A model generated the notes under the pieces. The model was not told the DNA's origin, did not search any database, and saw only the letters and a program-made list of their open reading frames with translations. The translations under genes were made by a program, and so were the position numbers. Positions 46,836 through 55,223 of a stretch of 64,000 nt of DNA are shown piece after piece (position 1 is the stretch's first letter; the number at the start of each line of letters is the position of its first letter). This stretch comes from a virus, in IMG/VR virus record IMGVR_UViG_3300048800_000035, positions 35,701 through 99,700 of that record. One strand, given 5' to 3'.

Positions 46836-47753
46836 CTAACTATTGAAAACCGACCGACAAGCAGCTTGCCTTTTACTCACCGCCACATCAGCATAGATTC
46901 GCGTCGTGGCCGGCGAACTGTGGCCCATCAAGTCTTGAACAAGAGCTAGGTCGCTTGTCTTGTCCAGCATCACCGTAGCAAAGTAGTGCCTGAACTCATG
47001 CGGGTGAATGTGTCCCACTCCGCTACCAATGCTGATCTTGTTCACAACCCCCCACATACCCCTTGTCGTCAAGGTGCCCATGTTCTTGCCGATCACATGC
47101 CCGATAAACATCGGTTCGTCTGGTTTGGCATTCCTGGCATTGAAGTACGCTTGCAGTCTATCACAAGCGGTTTGGGAAGGGAATACCAATCTTTCCTTAT
47201 CCCCCTTCCCTATCACCCTAACTCTTTGTTGGGCAAAATCAACGTCTCCAACGGTCAGTTTGTGTACTTCGTCTACCCGACAACCCGTGCTAGATAAAAA
47301 CTCGATCAGCGCAACATTCCGCAGGCGAATAATCTCTGTGCCCTTCTCGCCAGCCCACGCCTTCATGCGTGCCAGTGTATCCTCACTCGGAACCTGCGGA
47401 AGTCGCTTGTGGAGTTTCTGAATCGGATGAACCGCTTGTTGAAGGTGGTGCAAGTCCTTCTCTGTCACGTCCAACAAGTCACTGTCGCTCAGATATTTCC
47501 TGTAGGCCACAGCACCAGCTACGTAGGTCAACCACGATGTTCGCTTGAGTTCCGACCGCGCCATGTACGAAACAAAGGTGATGAAATGGCCAATCTTTAG
47601 TTGGCTCGTTTTTCGCTCCGGGTTCACGCCAAGTTTCGCCAGATGCTTTATGAAGTGCCCCAATCCGTACTTATACGTTGAGGCAGTGTTCAGACTGTGC
47701 ACCTCTTCGTACTTGCTCAGGAATGTTGCAATTGACTCGTTGATAGTTACCAT
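46836..47753 (-). CDS. tyrosine recombinase / integrase
   Basis: FLSSTGCRVDEVHKLTVGDVDF, HPHEFRHYFATVML, DLMGHSSPATTRIYADV; start assigned to MVTINESIATFLSKYEEVHSLNTASTYKYGL. Confidence 0.9.
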   Translation of the reverse strand: MVTINESIATFLSKYEEVHSLNTASTYKYGLGHFIKHLAKLGVNPERKTSQLKIGHFITFVSYMARSELKRTSWLTYVAGAVAYRKYLSDSDLLDVTEKDLHHLQQAVHPIQKLHKRLPQVPSEDTLARMKAWAGEKGTEIIRLRNVALIEFLSSTGCRVDEVHKLTVGDVDFAQQRVRVIGKGDKERLVFPSQTACDRLQAYFNARNAKPDEPMFIGHVIGKNMGTLTTRGMWGVVNKISIGSGVGHIHPHEFRHYFATVMLDKTSDLALVQDLMGHSSPATTRIYADVAVSKRQAACRSVFNS

Positions 47754-48310
47754 TCGTTTTTCCTGGTTACTAATAGTATGTCTAAATCGGGAAAGTCGCG
47801 GCGGATTGAGTATCCAGGTGTCAGTATACCCACCACCCTTGCGTACTCGGCACGATAGCCATCTTCGCACACAGTTATCTTGCCTGCCAGTTCTAGTGTC
47901 ACCGCAAACCAATACGTACACGATGCGTTTGAAATAGCTCGTTCGGGGTCTTTGTAAGCGTGAAATCCAGAGTGGTTCTTGTTCCAGTAACTCGGTTCCG
48001 CCTTATTCCAACCCGACTTCCACCTGTGGGGATAAATGGGCGAGGACACCGTTTCAGTGGTATGCGACTCCAACACCTTGTATCCAATGACTGTCCCGTT
48101 ATCGAAATAGGCAATGTCGTCAACCGGATCGGACAGTATATTGCCTAGCCACGCACCCAGAACCTTTAGTGCAAGGGCTAGAACAAACGCACCTGCAATT
48201 ATTTCTAAACTCTGCCCTAAAAATACTCTCATGCTCGCAGCGCCCAGTAGCATGCCGAAGAGTGATGCCGATCCAAACCATTTTCCGATGCGTGCGAGTT
48301 TGTTTCGCAT
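47747..48310 (-). CDS. uncharacterised protein, same family as 48326..48979
   Basis: SGFHAYKDPERAI...FAVTLELAGKITVCEDGYRAEYARVVGIL; N-terminal TM segments. Confidence 0.6.
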   Translation of the reverse strand: MRNKLARIGKWFGSASLFGMLLGAASMRVFLGQSLEIIAGAFVLALALKVLGAWLGNILSDPVDDIAYFDNGTVIGYKVLESHTTETVSSPIYPHRWKSGWNKAEPSYWNKNHSGFHAYKDPERAISNASCTYWFAVTLELAGKITVCEDGYRAEYARVVGILTPGYSIRRDFPDLDILLVTRKNEW

Positions 48311-48325
48311 GTGACTTTGGGAAAG

Positions 48326-48979
48326 CTAAGACTCTACCCTGCGGTAAACCAACATATCGTGCTCGGCGTTGTAGCCGTACTGGTAGTACCCACGACTGTC
48401 ACGATGGGCCTTGTCCAGTTCGATTGTCAAAACACTGTAGGGAATAGAATCTGGAACGCCGGACTCATGCCAAATAGCCGCCGCTGGTTCTTGCATGATA
48501 GGAAATAGGTACCTAGACACGGCGGGCTTTGCTGGAACTTCGTATACCTTGGTATATGGAGTTTTCTTGGGCCAAACACTTCGGCATCGGTCGGTAGAGT
48601 TGTCTTGGCCATAAATCCGGTTGATATGATTGTACGAAAACATATCACCGTAGCCGACTCCCCAGTCCACAGCCCTTACGATTCTGGCGAACTCAGACCT
48701 ATAACCGCGCTCGCATTCAATGACCGTTCCAGCAATCTCAAGTTCTACGACGCATGGATAAACACCCATGTCTGTCGGGCGCTCTTTCAAAGAGTAGAAA
48801 CCATTTCTGTAATCCGATCCCGCACCCGATCCTGCGTCTTGTCGTAGTGGCCCGTTAGATATGACATTCCAACCCGGTAGCCACTCAAATGCAACAGCTG
48901 GCGAATGAAAATGCGTGCCACCCCAGACAACAAACTTGTACGCCGTGATCGGTTCCACTACTTCGACCAGACCTTCCAA
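48326..48979 (-). CDS. uncharacterised protein, same family as 47747..48310
   Basis: NGFYSLKERPTDMGVYPCVVELEIAGTVIECERGYRSEFARIVRAV. Confidence 0.6.
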   Translation of the reverse strand: MEGLVEVVEPITAYKFVVWGGTHFHSPAVAFEWLPGWNVISNGPLRQDAGSGAGSDYRNGFYSLKERPTDMGVYPCVVELEIAGTVIECERGYRSEFARIVRAVDWGVGYGDMFSYNHINRIYGQDNSTDRCRSVWPKKTPYTKVYEVPAKPAVSRYLFPIMQEPAAAIWHESGVPDSIPYSVLTIELDKAHRDSRGYYQYGYNAEHDMLVYRRVES

Positions 48980-49596
48980 TGCTTGTCGTTACCAGACAGC
49001 ATGTATCCCAAGCACCCGTAGGGACAATCCGCCGATGTGATTCTGTAATATCCCTCTACCCCACATGCCTTGATATAGGCGTCATGGTCAATCGGTATGA
49101 TGCGGTCGCAGTCGTCCGAATTGTCGCACTCACACAGAATAACGCCATTGTAGTCTTTCCACACCTTCTCGGCAGCACTACCAGCCATTGAGAAACGAGT
49201 CGCTGGTTGCGTGTCAACGTAATAATTACCGTTAGCTGCACCCTTGAAATACTCTTGGATTGTTTTCTTGTACGCCTCGGAAACTTCGGCAGTCCAGTCA
49301 ACGGCAATACCGGAGATTGTGGGCCATCGTGGAATCTTGAAAGTTTTGTCGGTAGACCTTGTTTTGAACTGCGCGAAAATGGCTTTAGAAAACTCGTCGG
49401 GCACAAAAATGCCATTCCTAGCATCCGGGTCGGTTACAGACCTTGTGCCAGGCTCCGCAGGGCCGAGTTCGTTGATCTGTTTCTGTACGCTGGAACGCAG
49501 CCGCTTGTAGTCAGACTGTTTCATCCCGCGCATCTTCTGTAATTCCAAATCGCTCAAACGGCGCATCAGAATCTCAAGGTCACTTGGATACGACAT
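48958..49596 (-). CDS. hypothetical protein
   Basis: 212 aa ORF overlapping neighbours slightly; VILCECDNSDDCDRIIP. Confidence 0.5.
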   Translation of the reverse strand: MSYPSDLEILMRRLSDLELQKMRGMKQSDYKRLRSSVQKQINELGPAEPGTRSVTDPDARNGIFVPDEFSKAIFAQFKTRSTDKTFKIPRWPTISGIAVDWTAEVSEAYKKTIQEYFKGAANGNYYVDTQPATRFSMAGSAAEKVWKDYNGVILCECDNSDDCDRIIPIDHDAYIKACGVEGYYRITSADCPYGCLGYMLSGNDKHWKVWSK

Positions 49597-49765
49597 TCGG
49601 AACCTCAGCGGGTTTAGGCATGGGCCAATTCGGTGCTGGAATTGCTTCGCGCCGTCTGCGCTCTAGTTCTTCCTCTTCGCGTTGCTTACGCTTGTCCCAC
49701 TTCTGTTCAACTTTGTGGATTTTCTCACTGCACGGCGTCTCTGTACCCTCCACTAAATGTTGCAC
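49580..49765 (-). CDS. small charged hypothetical protein
   Basis: 61 aa, KRKQREEEELERRRREA; just downstream of a TTGACA-type -35. Confidence 0.4.
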   Translation of the reverse strand: MQHLVEGTETPCSEKIHKVEQKWDKRKQREEEELERRRREAIPAPNWPMPKPAEVPNVVSK

Positions 49766-49825
49766 CGATTTATAAAGTAGTTTACTTCAACAATGGATAA
49801 TGTCAATAGGCAATATTAAACAAAA

Positions 49826-49845
49826 AGAGCCTCGAAAGAGACTCT
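49826..49845 (-). terminator. intrinsic terminator, minus strand
   Basis: AGAGTCTC-TTTC-GAGGCTCT stem (8 bp) followed by TTTTTG. Confidence 0.75.
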
Positions 49846-50034
49846 AGTTGCCCAGCGTGCTAAGTGAACTTATTATATCCCATCACATCCTTTCGGATGA
49901 AGATTGCAAACGTTGGCGTGTTATCTCGTCAGACACAGTTGCAGTTTCGGGAGTGTAGCCATTCGGCTCTGCATCCCACTACCCTAAACGGATAGTCGGT
50001 TCCACTGGTTGCTTTCAGCAACGCCACGCCGTAA

Positions 50035-50295
50035 TTATTCTATCACCATCGCAACGAACTCGTCAAACGAACACACTTCCTCGTCTATCTGTCCGTTACG
50101 ATAGCCACGAAACAAGCCAGAGTTCGGCCCGTTATTGGGTCTATAGTCGTCAATCAGAACGGCCTCGGTGTCGGTGTCAAACCACTCACCCTTGCTGATG
50201 TACTTGATCGTGCCAGCGGCAATCACCACATCACCTGTAACCAAAACACTTGCATACTGCCATGTCGCCAAGACGACTGGTTGTAATAACTCCAC
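50035..50295 (-). CDS. hypothetical protein
   Basis: 86 aa ORF in minus-strand small gene array. Confidence 0.45.
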   Translation of the reverse strand: MELLQPVVLATWQYASVLVTGDVVIAAGTIKYISKGEWFDTDTEAVLIDDYRPNNGPNSGLFRGYRNGQIDEEVCSFDEFVAMVIE

Positions 50296-50362
50296 TTGCT
50301 GATGTAGAAATCCCAGCGTGAGTGCCAGTTGAAAGCAAGTTGGATCGGCCAGTTGATTGATT

Positions 50363-50623
50363 TCATTTCAATTCAACCCATGTGCAGTTGTCTGGAATAA
50401 TTACTCTCTGCCCAGTCGAAATATCAACATATCCCAAGAACCCAGAGTGGCGCACATCCCCACTATACATACCTTGCGGGCAAGTAATATGCCAGCGAAC
50501 AGACATTTCTGCGTCAAATGACTGCCTTATCCCGGCAATTAGGAACACAAGGACACTCACACACATAAGCACTACTGCTACATACGCCCCGACACGAAGA
50601 AACTTATTCATCGCCCTGCCCAT
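50363..50623 (-). CDS. small membrane-anchored protein
   Basis: 86 aa, VGAYVAVVLMCVSVLVFLIAG. Confidence 0.45.
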   Translation of the reverse strand: MGRAMNKFLRVGAYVAVVLMCVSVLVFLIAGIRQSFDAEMSVRWHITCPQGMYSGDVRHSGFLGYVDISTGQRVIIPDNCTWVELK

Positions 50624-50904
50624 TCGTCAGTTCCGCCGAGTTCAAGGTACAACTTAAAAATCTCGGCGCGCAAGTATTTCATCCCATACTCAAGGCACCC
50701 AAGTTTCATACTGTCACTCACTATCTCGTTTCCCACACCATAGGACAGAAATCCGTCACACTGGACTACCAGTTTGCCTAGACGCTTTATTGTTTCGGGA
50801 GTGAGGTGGTCAACTTTCTTTCGTGGCATCTTGAATCCCTTATTGAAGTCTGGGTGTTCTTCGTCGTGCGGATCGAGTCCGAAAGAATAATCGAACATCG
50901 TCAT
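50608..50904 (-). CDS. hypothetical protein
   Basis: 98 aa ORF overlapping 50363..50623 start. Confidence 0.45.
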   Translation of the reverse strand: MTMFDYSFGLDPHDEEHPDFNKGFKMPRKKVDHLTPETIKRLGKLVVQCDGFLSYGVGNEIVSDSMKLGCLEYGMKYLRAEIFKLYLELGGTDEWAGR

Positions 50905-50917
50905 TACATAATCTCCA

Positions 50918-51226
50918 TTAAGTTTGCTTCAACATACCATGCGCGAAGAGGAAGCCGGCGTGCGAGTGAAATTCCTTCTCCACTGTCGCAAGTCGCTCAA
51001 TCTCGTCCAGCAACTCAATCCAAGCATTGTGGGAGTTAGCGATGAAGTCTGCGTTGGCGTTATCCTCGTCCGCAAAATCGCCAGCAGTTATCCCAAAGAT
51101 ACCAACCTCCGGCGATACCAGTTGATATTCACCAAGTTCGCCGGTTGGAACAGTTTCCCAGTCGCCCTGCGTAGTAGCCTTATGCCATTCGCGCAGTTCT
51201 GCAATACGATTAGCGTCCATCCCCAT
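50918..51226 (-). CDS. hypothetical protein
   Basis: 102 aa ORF in array. Confidence 0.5.
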   Translation of the reverse strand: MGMDANRIAELREWHKATTQGDWETVPTGELGEYQLVSPEVGIFGITAGDFADEDNANADFIANSHNAWIELLDEIERLATVEKEFHSHAGFLFAHGMLKQT

Positions 51227-51279
51227 ATTCCCTCTCGCGTATAGCGGCGCGGGCCTCGTTCTGCCACTGCTTGTCCATT

Positions 51280-51648
51280 TTACAACAAGCTGCGTAGCAT
51301 CTCTCGAATCTCCGGCCAGTTATTGTGAAGCTCAACAATCAGATCGGCGGTTGTTTTCTGTTCCTTCGTAATCTTTTCGCTACCAAGTTCGCAAATGTCA
51401 GTCCACTCCTCGCGTTCGCAATCCTTATCGGCGTCTTGTTCCGCCATCGTGTTTAGGTGCTTGCCGTAGTTTACGCATCGGGCCTCGTCCATGTTGGCAA
51501 GCCAATTATCCTTTGTTCCTATGCACAAGTCTCGGCCCGGACTAGCGTAACGAGGCCCATCCCAAACACACCACTTCCCGCCGCTGGACTTGACGTAGAG
51601 CTTGTCTAGCTTCTTTACGAGGCGCTTAATGTCGCGAGGGGTTGTCAT
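51280..51648 (-). CDS. hypothetical protein
   Basis: 122 aa ORF, 4-bp overlap with next. Confidence 0.5.
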   Translation of the reverse strand: MTTPRDIKRLVKKLDKLYVKSSGGKWCVWDGPRYASPGRDLCIGTKDNWLANMDEARCVNYGKHLNTMAEQDADKDCEREEWTDICELGSEKITKEQKTTADLIVELHNNWPEIREMLRSLL

Positions 51649-51830
51649 TTGGCGAATCTTGCAAAGAACAGGTTTTGAATATCCCGCACCATCAACAGCG
51701 CCAAATCAGCAGGAATGCCGTTCTCGATCAACTTCTTGTAATATGTGCCAAACATTGACGCGGAGTTCTCAAGCGTCGTTCCAAGTTGGTCAAACATCGC
51801 TACCGGATCAGAAGTCTTGTCATCTGTCAT
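51645..51830 (-). CDS. hypothetical protein
   Basis: 61 aa ORF, 4-bp overlaps both sides. Confidence 0.45.
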   Translation of the reverse strand: MTDDKTSDPVAMFDQLGTTLENSASMFGTYYKKLIENGIPADLALLMVRDIQNLFFARFAK

Positions 51831-52048
51831 TTTGGTTTCAACTCTTTCATGGCGGCATAATCCTTTCGGGATATGTTGAGGTCCTCATTTTCCAAGTAGC
51901 CAATCACAGCACACTGCCCATCGGAAAATGCCTGCTCCGTCGACGCCTTGATAACTTGAACGAATATCTGCCACCCATCTTCGAGTGTAGCATCTCGCAT
52001 AGCGACGTAAAGAACTTTTGCCTGGCTGACATTCTGTTGGTCAAGCAT
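51827..52048 (-). CDS. hypothetical protein
   Basis: 73 aa ORF, overlaps both neighbours. Confidence 0.45.
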   Translation of the reverse strand: MLDQQNVSQAKVLYVAMRDATLEDGWQIFVQVIKASTEQAFSDGQCAVIGYLENEDLNISRKDYAAMKELKPK

Positions 52049-52277
52049 GTTTCTTTACCCACAAGCTAAACGGCGGAGTGTCTGTCTTGGAAGCGAAGTG
52101 TACGCAGCCGAAGTTCTTTCCAAAAGACAGGAACGGCGCAGATTCATCGTAATGAGTAATCGTATCTTGCGCCGCCATTGCCGTGCTCGTATCGGTAACC
52201 TTCTTATTAGCACAAGAGCCGTAACCCATATCATATTTCTCTTGCCAATACTTGCAGTTACCACAGGTGGGTGTCAT
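52041..52277 (-). CDS. small Cys-containing protein
   Basis: MTPTCGNCKYWQEKYDMGYGSCANKK...FGCVHFA. Confidence 0.5.
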   Translation of the reverse strand: MTPTCGNCKYWQEKYDMGYGSCANKKVTDTSTAMAAQDTITHYDESAPFLSFGKNFGCVHFASKTDTPPFSLWVKKHA

Positions 52278-52522
52278 GGTTTCCTGCTTGATGGCAAAGA
52301 TGGACTATACCAGTCAATAGCCCTGTCTTTGAAGTCGTCGTACCAAACCTCAATTGTCAGTCCGGGCCAACCGGCGTCCTTGACGCTGATTATCTTGTAA
52401 CCGAACTCCAATTGCCACTTCTCAAATGCTTCTTTTGCGCCGTACCAGATTTCCGCAGGAGCGTTCTTGATGCGGGGATCAATCTTATGAGGCATGTCTG
52501 AGAACTCGGTTTTCTTGACCAT
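52274..52522 (-). CDS. hypothetical protein
   Basis: Internal start MVKKTEFSDMPHKIDPRIKNAPAEIWYGAKEAFEKWQ. Confidence 0.45.
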   Translation of the reverse strand: MVKKTEFSDMPHKIDPRIKNAPAEIWYGAKEAFEKWQLEFGYKIISVKDAGWPGLTIEVWYDDFKDRAIDWYSPSLPSSRKP

Positions 52523-52768
52523 ATGAAAATAATAGCAAACAACAACGTAAAACGCAATAGGCAATATAAAACAAAAACGCTCCGAGCCAGGAGCGTCTTT
52601 GCCAAACAGGAGGATGCCTATGCCACTAGGCGGAAAGGACTTTATCAGAATACTCTACGGCGCATGGAAAGTCAATAGGCAGTTCCAACATTATGTTATT
52701 GTAAATCGGCAACTCCCAAGACGCAATACTTCAAGCAGGGCTGGAACTGCGCGACTTACAATATACAG

Positions 52769-52857
52769 CGGATAGTGCAGGAATTGAACCCGCGAGCCGA
52801 TTGCTCGACTGGCAGTTTAGCAAACTGCTACGACAAACCATCATTCGTCTACTATCC
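52769..52857 (-). tRNA. tRNA-Ser(GCT)
   Basis: Acceptor GGATAGT/ACTATCC, D-stem ACGA/TCGT, anticodon arm GCAGT-TTGCTAA-ACTGC, long variable arm GTCGA-GCAA-TCGGC, T-arm GCGGG-TTCAATT-CCTGC, discriminator G. Confidence 0.93.
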
Positions 52858-52864
52858 ATCTAGG

Positions 52865-52952
52865 CGGGGAAAATGGGAATTGAACCCACGTTGCCTTTCG
52901 GCAAGCTTGTTTTCAAGACAAGTACGACCTGCCATCAGTCGCCATACTCCCC
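52865..52952 (-). tRNA. tRNA-Ser(TGA)
   Basis: Acceptor GGGGAG../..TTCCCC, anticodon arm CTTGT-CTTGAAA-ACAAG, variable arm TTGCC-GAAA-GGCAA, T-arm GTGGG-TTCAATT-CCCAT, discriminator G; one T-T mismatch at acceptor position 7. Confidence 0.9.
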
Positions 52953-53005
52953 ATATCCCCAAGAGTAACCCAACTTTATCCCAAACACAATACCCAACTT
53001 GCTAC

Positions 53006-53034
53006 TTGACTTTTCTTTTGCGCCGTAATACTAT
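53006..53034 (+). promoter_or_regulatory. sigma70-like promoter of candidate ncRNA
   Basis: TTGACT (53006..53011), exactly 17 bp, TACTAT (53029..53034). Confidence 0.6.
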
Positions 53035-53040
53035 GACTTT

Positions 53041-53308
53041 GGCGTGAGTGTGGTGCTAAACACCAAACCCAACAACGGCGCAATCGACCAAGCAGACTAA
53101 ATCATAACGCTGCCCCAGATCGCTCTTGCTAAAAGGGACGTACCGGGAGGCCGTAATCACCCGATAGCAGGAAACGCAGCTCCGGCCCAACGATTCCTGC
53201 CCACGCTAAGGGGTTTCAGTCGTAAGGCGCTATAGTGTTGCAACGCTCACCGCTATCGGGCTGGAACCATCCTTGTGCAAAGACGATCTCTAACGAGGTC
53301 GTTTTTGT
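53041..53308 (+). ncRNA. candidate structured ncRNA (~265 nt) with own promoter and terminator
   Basis: No plausible ORF; hairpin TGGTG-CTAAA-CACCA (53051..53065); long-range CCCGATAGC (53160..53168)/GCTATCGGG (53252..53260); GCAGGAA (53167..53173)/TTCCTGC (53194..53200); ends at terminator. Confidence 0.5.
53285..53307 (+). terminator. intrinsic terminator (possibly bidirectional)
   Basis: CGATCTC-TAAC-GAGGTCG 7-bp stem followed by TTTTTG on + strand; opposite strand also has a short TCTTTTG tract. Confidence 0.65.
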
Positions 53309-53315
53309 TTCCCAA

Positions 53316-54002
53316 TCAAGCGGGGTAAATCCTAACTGCCCGACCGTCTTTCTCAAGTCTTACGCCGTCGATTTGATTCTCCCAAATCAACTTACTCAAA
53401 CAAACCACGGCGCTACGAGGTGTAGAATAGTGGGTATTTATTGCTCCTACAGTCTCTTTCATGGTTCGGCCCGGATTGAGCCTAACTTGTTTTCGCAACG
53501 TCTCGCATGTGGCCTGAAACGGGGTGTATCTCTTGCCAAGCGGATTGCCAGCCTCGGCAAATGTCTTGTGTCGCTCAGTGAGAATCTTTCTAAAAGAGTC
53601 CTGTTGAGAATGCCTATGAAACAGTGGCTTCCCAACTTCTTTTACGCTGTATTTATCATGTTCGTAAGACGAATGGCTTACGGCCAGCACCCCTACCCCC
53701 AGCATTACAGCCAACTTAGTTCCAAACCCAAAGTTGGAATTTCTAGCCCCCTGCGGCACCGCGACATACACCATATTGGCCCAACCGACCCAATCTGATG
53801 CCTGTTGCAACACTGCTAGGCCCAAACTCAGTTTGCACTCCGCGATGACAAGCCTTGCTCCGAACGTTGCCACTATATCCGCCACCGATCCGTACTGCCA
53901 GGGCTGTACTTCCTGATAGACTTCATACCGCTGTTCCTGAAAGTAAGCCACTATACAGCGGGCCAATTCAACTTCGCTTTCAAACTTGTTCGCGTCTCGC
54001 AT
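53316..54002 (-). CDS. PD-(D/E)XK nuclease-like domain plus C-terminal HTH-like domain
   Basis: SEVELARCIVAYFQEQ...GSVADIVATFGARLVIAECKLSL; C-terminal TMKETVGAINTHYSTPRSAVVCLSKLI...VRLEKDGRAVRIYP. Confidence 0.6.
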   Translation of the reverse strand: MRDANKFESEVELARCIVAYFQEQRYEVYQEVQPWQYGSVADIVATFGARLVIAECKLSLGLAVLQQASDWVGWANMVYVAVPQGARNSNFGFGTKLAVMLGVGVLAVSHSSYEHDKYSVKEVGKPLFHRHSQQDSFRKILTERHKTFAEAGNPLGKRYTPFQATCETLRKQVRLNPGRTMKETVGAINTHYSTPRSAVVCLSKLIWENQIDGVRLEKDGRAVRIYPA

Positions 54003-54017
54003 TATGTAATTGCAAAT

Positions 54018-54302
54018 CTAGAGTTGAGGTGTATCAATTTCCAAAAACGTCCGTGGTACGCGCAACGGTCCTAGCCAATGGGTGTAATTAGTAATGGGCA
54101 ATACACTTCCCCACCCAGCCTCGAATGCACCAAATTCGCCGTCATCATTCATGCCAACTTCCACGGGCTTGACAATGAAACCTATCAAATGCTTCCGCCT
54201 CGCCCAGTAGTATCCAATCTCGGTCGGAGGAACTGCGGTCCACTTCAAATCATAGTTGTCCATTACCTCACACCCAGCCAGTGCTCGACACAAGCAGTCC
54301 AA
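54018..54302 (-). CDS. hypothetical protein (DUF551-like pattern)
   Basis: IGYYWARRKHLIGFIVKPVEV...THWLGPL. Confidence 0.45.
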   Translation of the reverse strand: MDCLCRALAGCEVMDNYDLKWTAVPPTEIGYYWARRKHLIGFIVKPVEVGMNDDGEFGAFEAGWGSVLPITNYTHWLGPLRVPRTFLEIDTPQL

Positions 54303-54571
54303 TAGTCATCCCAATTGTCGGTCGGCAGAATGTCATCTTTCAACCCGTTCTGCCTCAGTATATTCCTAACACTCATTCCCCATTGAAAATGGAACGGCGT
54401 AGACCAGTAAATAGGATCAGCATTGTAGGCCAGCAACAGCATTGGTTTATCCGCAGGATTCAGATGCTTGTCGAATATCTCAACTACCCTTTCCAACACT
54501 TCGGGGGGAAGTTCGGCGTATCTGTCGTCGTGGAATTGCCTGTACTCTAGGTCGTTCATCATTTTTCCCAA
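54263..54571 (-). CDS. hypothetical protein
   Basis: 102 aa ORF; overlaps both neighbours. Confidence 0.45.
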   Translation of the reverse strand: MGKMMNDLEYRQFHDDRYAELPPEVLERVVEIFDKHLNPADKPMLLLAYNADPIYWSTPFHFQWGMSVRNILRQNGLKDDILPTDNWDDYWTACVEHWLGVR

Positions 54572-54816
54572 TTGGCAGCATTCCTCCCCGCCTTAGTCAA
54601 CTTGAAATGCAAGTCGGGATAGTTGACCGGCCTCAATAGACCGCGCTTGCACAGCGCCAATACGGTGCTTGCATGAACGGGAGTCATGTCGCCGGCGTAT
54701 CTGGGCTTCGGGTAAAGACGACGCCACAAACCATTATCGGGGTCGGCGTGCAGCGTTCTACCCGTCGCCATTTCGCGTAGAATAAATCGCATGTGAGGAG
54801 GCATTGATTTGTCCAT
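54559..54816 (-). CDS. small HTH-like protein
   Basis: PVHASTVLALCKRGLLRPVNYPDLHFKLTKAGRNAANWEK, winged-helix-like C-terminus; first gene of the left-going array. Confidence 0.5.
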   Translation of the reverse strand: MDKSMPPHMRFILREMATGRTLHADPDNGLWRRLYPKPRYAGDMTPVHASTVLALCKRGLLRPVNYPDLHFKLTKAGRNAANWEK

Positions 54817-55087
54817 AGCAGAATTATAAACCCAATCATCCGTAAATCAAGTGCCAATGTCTTGTAAAACAAAAGCGCCCACCTTTCAGTGAACGCTCTT
54901 GGCGTCGGGTTGGATTGTTTACCAACCGTCCACAGGATAGGCGCGTAGGTGGTGTCGCCTCGTTTTATGAGTTTCCCAGTCTGCTTGACATACTCATTGC
55001 ACAGAACTTTGCCCGCACCGTATCGCTACACCGGGCAAACTCTCCCATGGCAGATTTATCTGCGCCCTTAGATGGCCGACTTCAAAT

Positions 55088-55115
55088 ATACTAGCACATA
55101 TCAATTCAATGTCAA
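55088..55115 (-). promoter_or_regulatory. sigma70-like promoter for the left-going accessory array
   Basis: Minus strand TTGACA (55115..55110), 16 bp, TAGTAT (55093..55088). Confidence 0.55.
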
Positions 55116-55223
55116 TACCCATTATACAAACGATATGTTTTTCGGAAACTTGGAAAAGTGTGTCCGGTGTACTCCACCACGGTTATGTCAACGCCTGGTA
55201 CTTGGGGGTTGGCTATCTAAGCA

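Noticed and set aside
46836-47921. Full 361-aa integrase ORF including the MYVLVCGDTRTGRQDN N-terminus
   Set aside because: The first ~56 residues are low-quality, basic sequence; a SAM-like core domain starts at MVTINESIATFLSKYEE, so the shorter start was used.
49279-49804. Shared 15-mer GACATTATCCATTGT between promoters at 49790..49804 (minus) and 59279..59293 (+)
   Set aside because: A few 15-mer matches are expected by chance in 64 kb; it overlaps predicted spacers but alone is not strong evidence of a regulatory motif.
49846-50034. Possible extra tRNA
   Set aside because: Hairpins are present but there is no GTTCRANTC-type T-loop and no matching acceptor stem, so it is kept only as a structured 3' tail.
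53235-53798. 187-aa + strand ORF overlapping the nuclease-HTH gene and ncRNA terminator
   Set aside because: Antisense to 53316..54002 and it runs through a strong terminator hairpin; the product has no coherent domain pattern.
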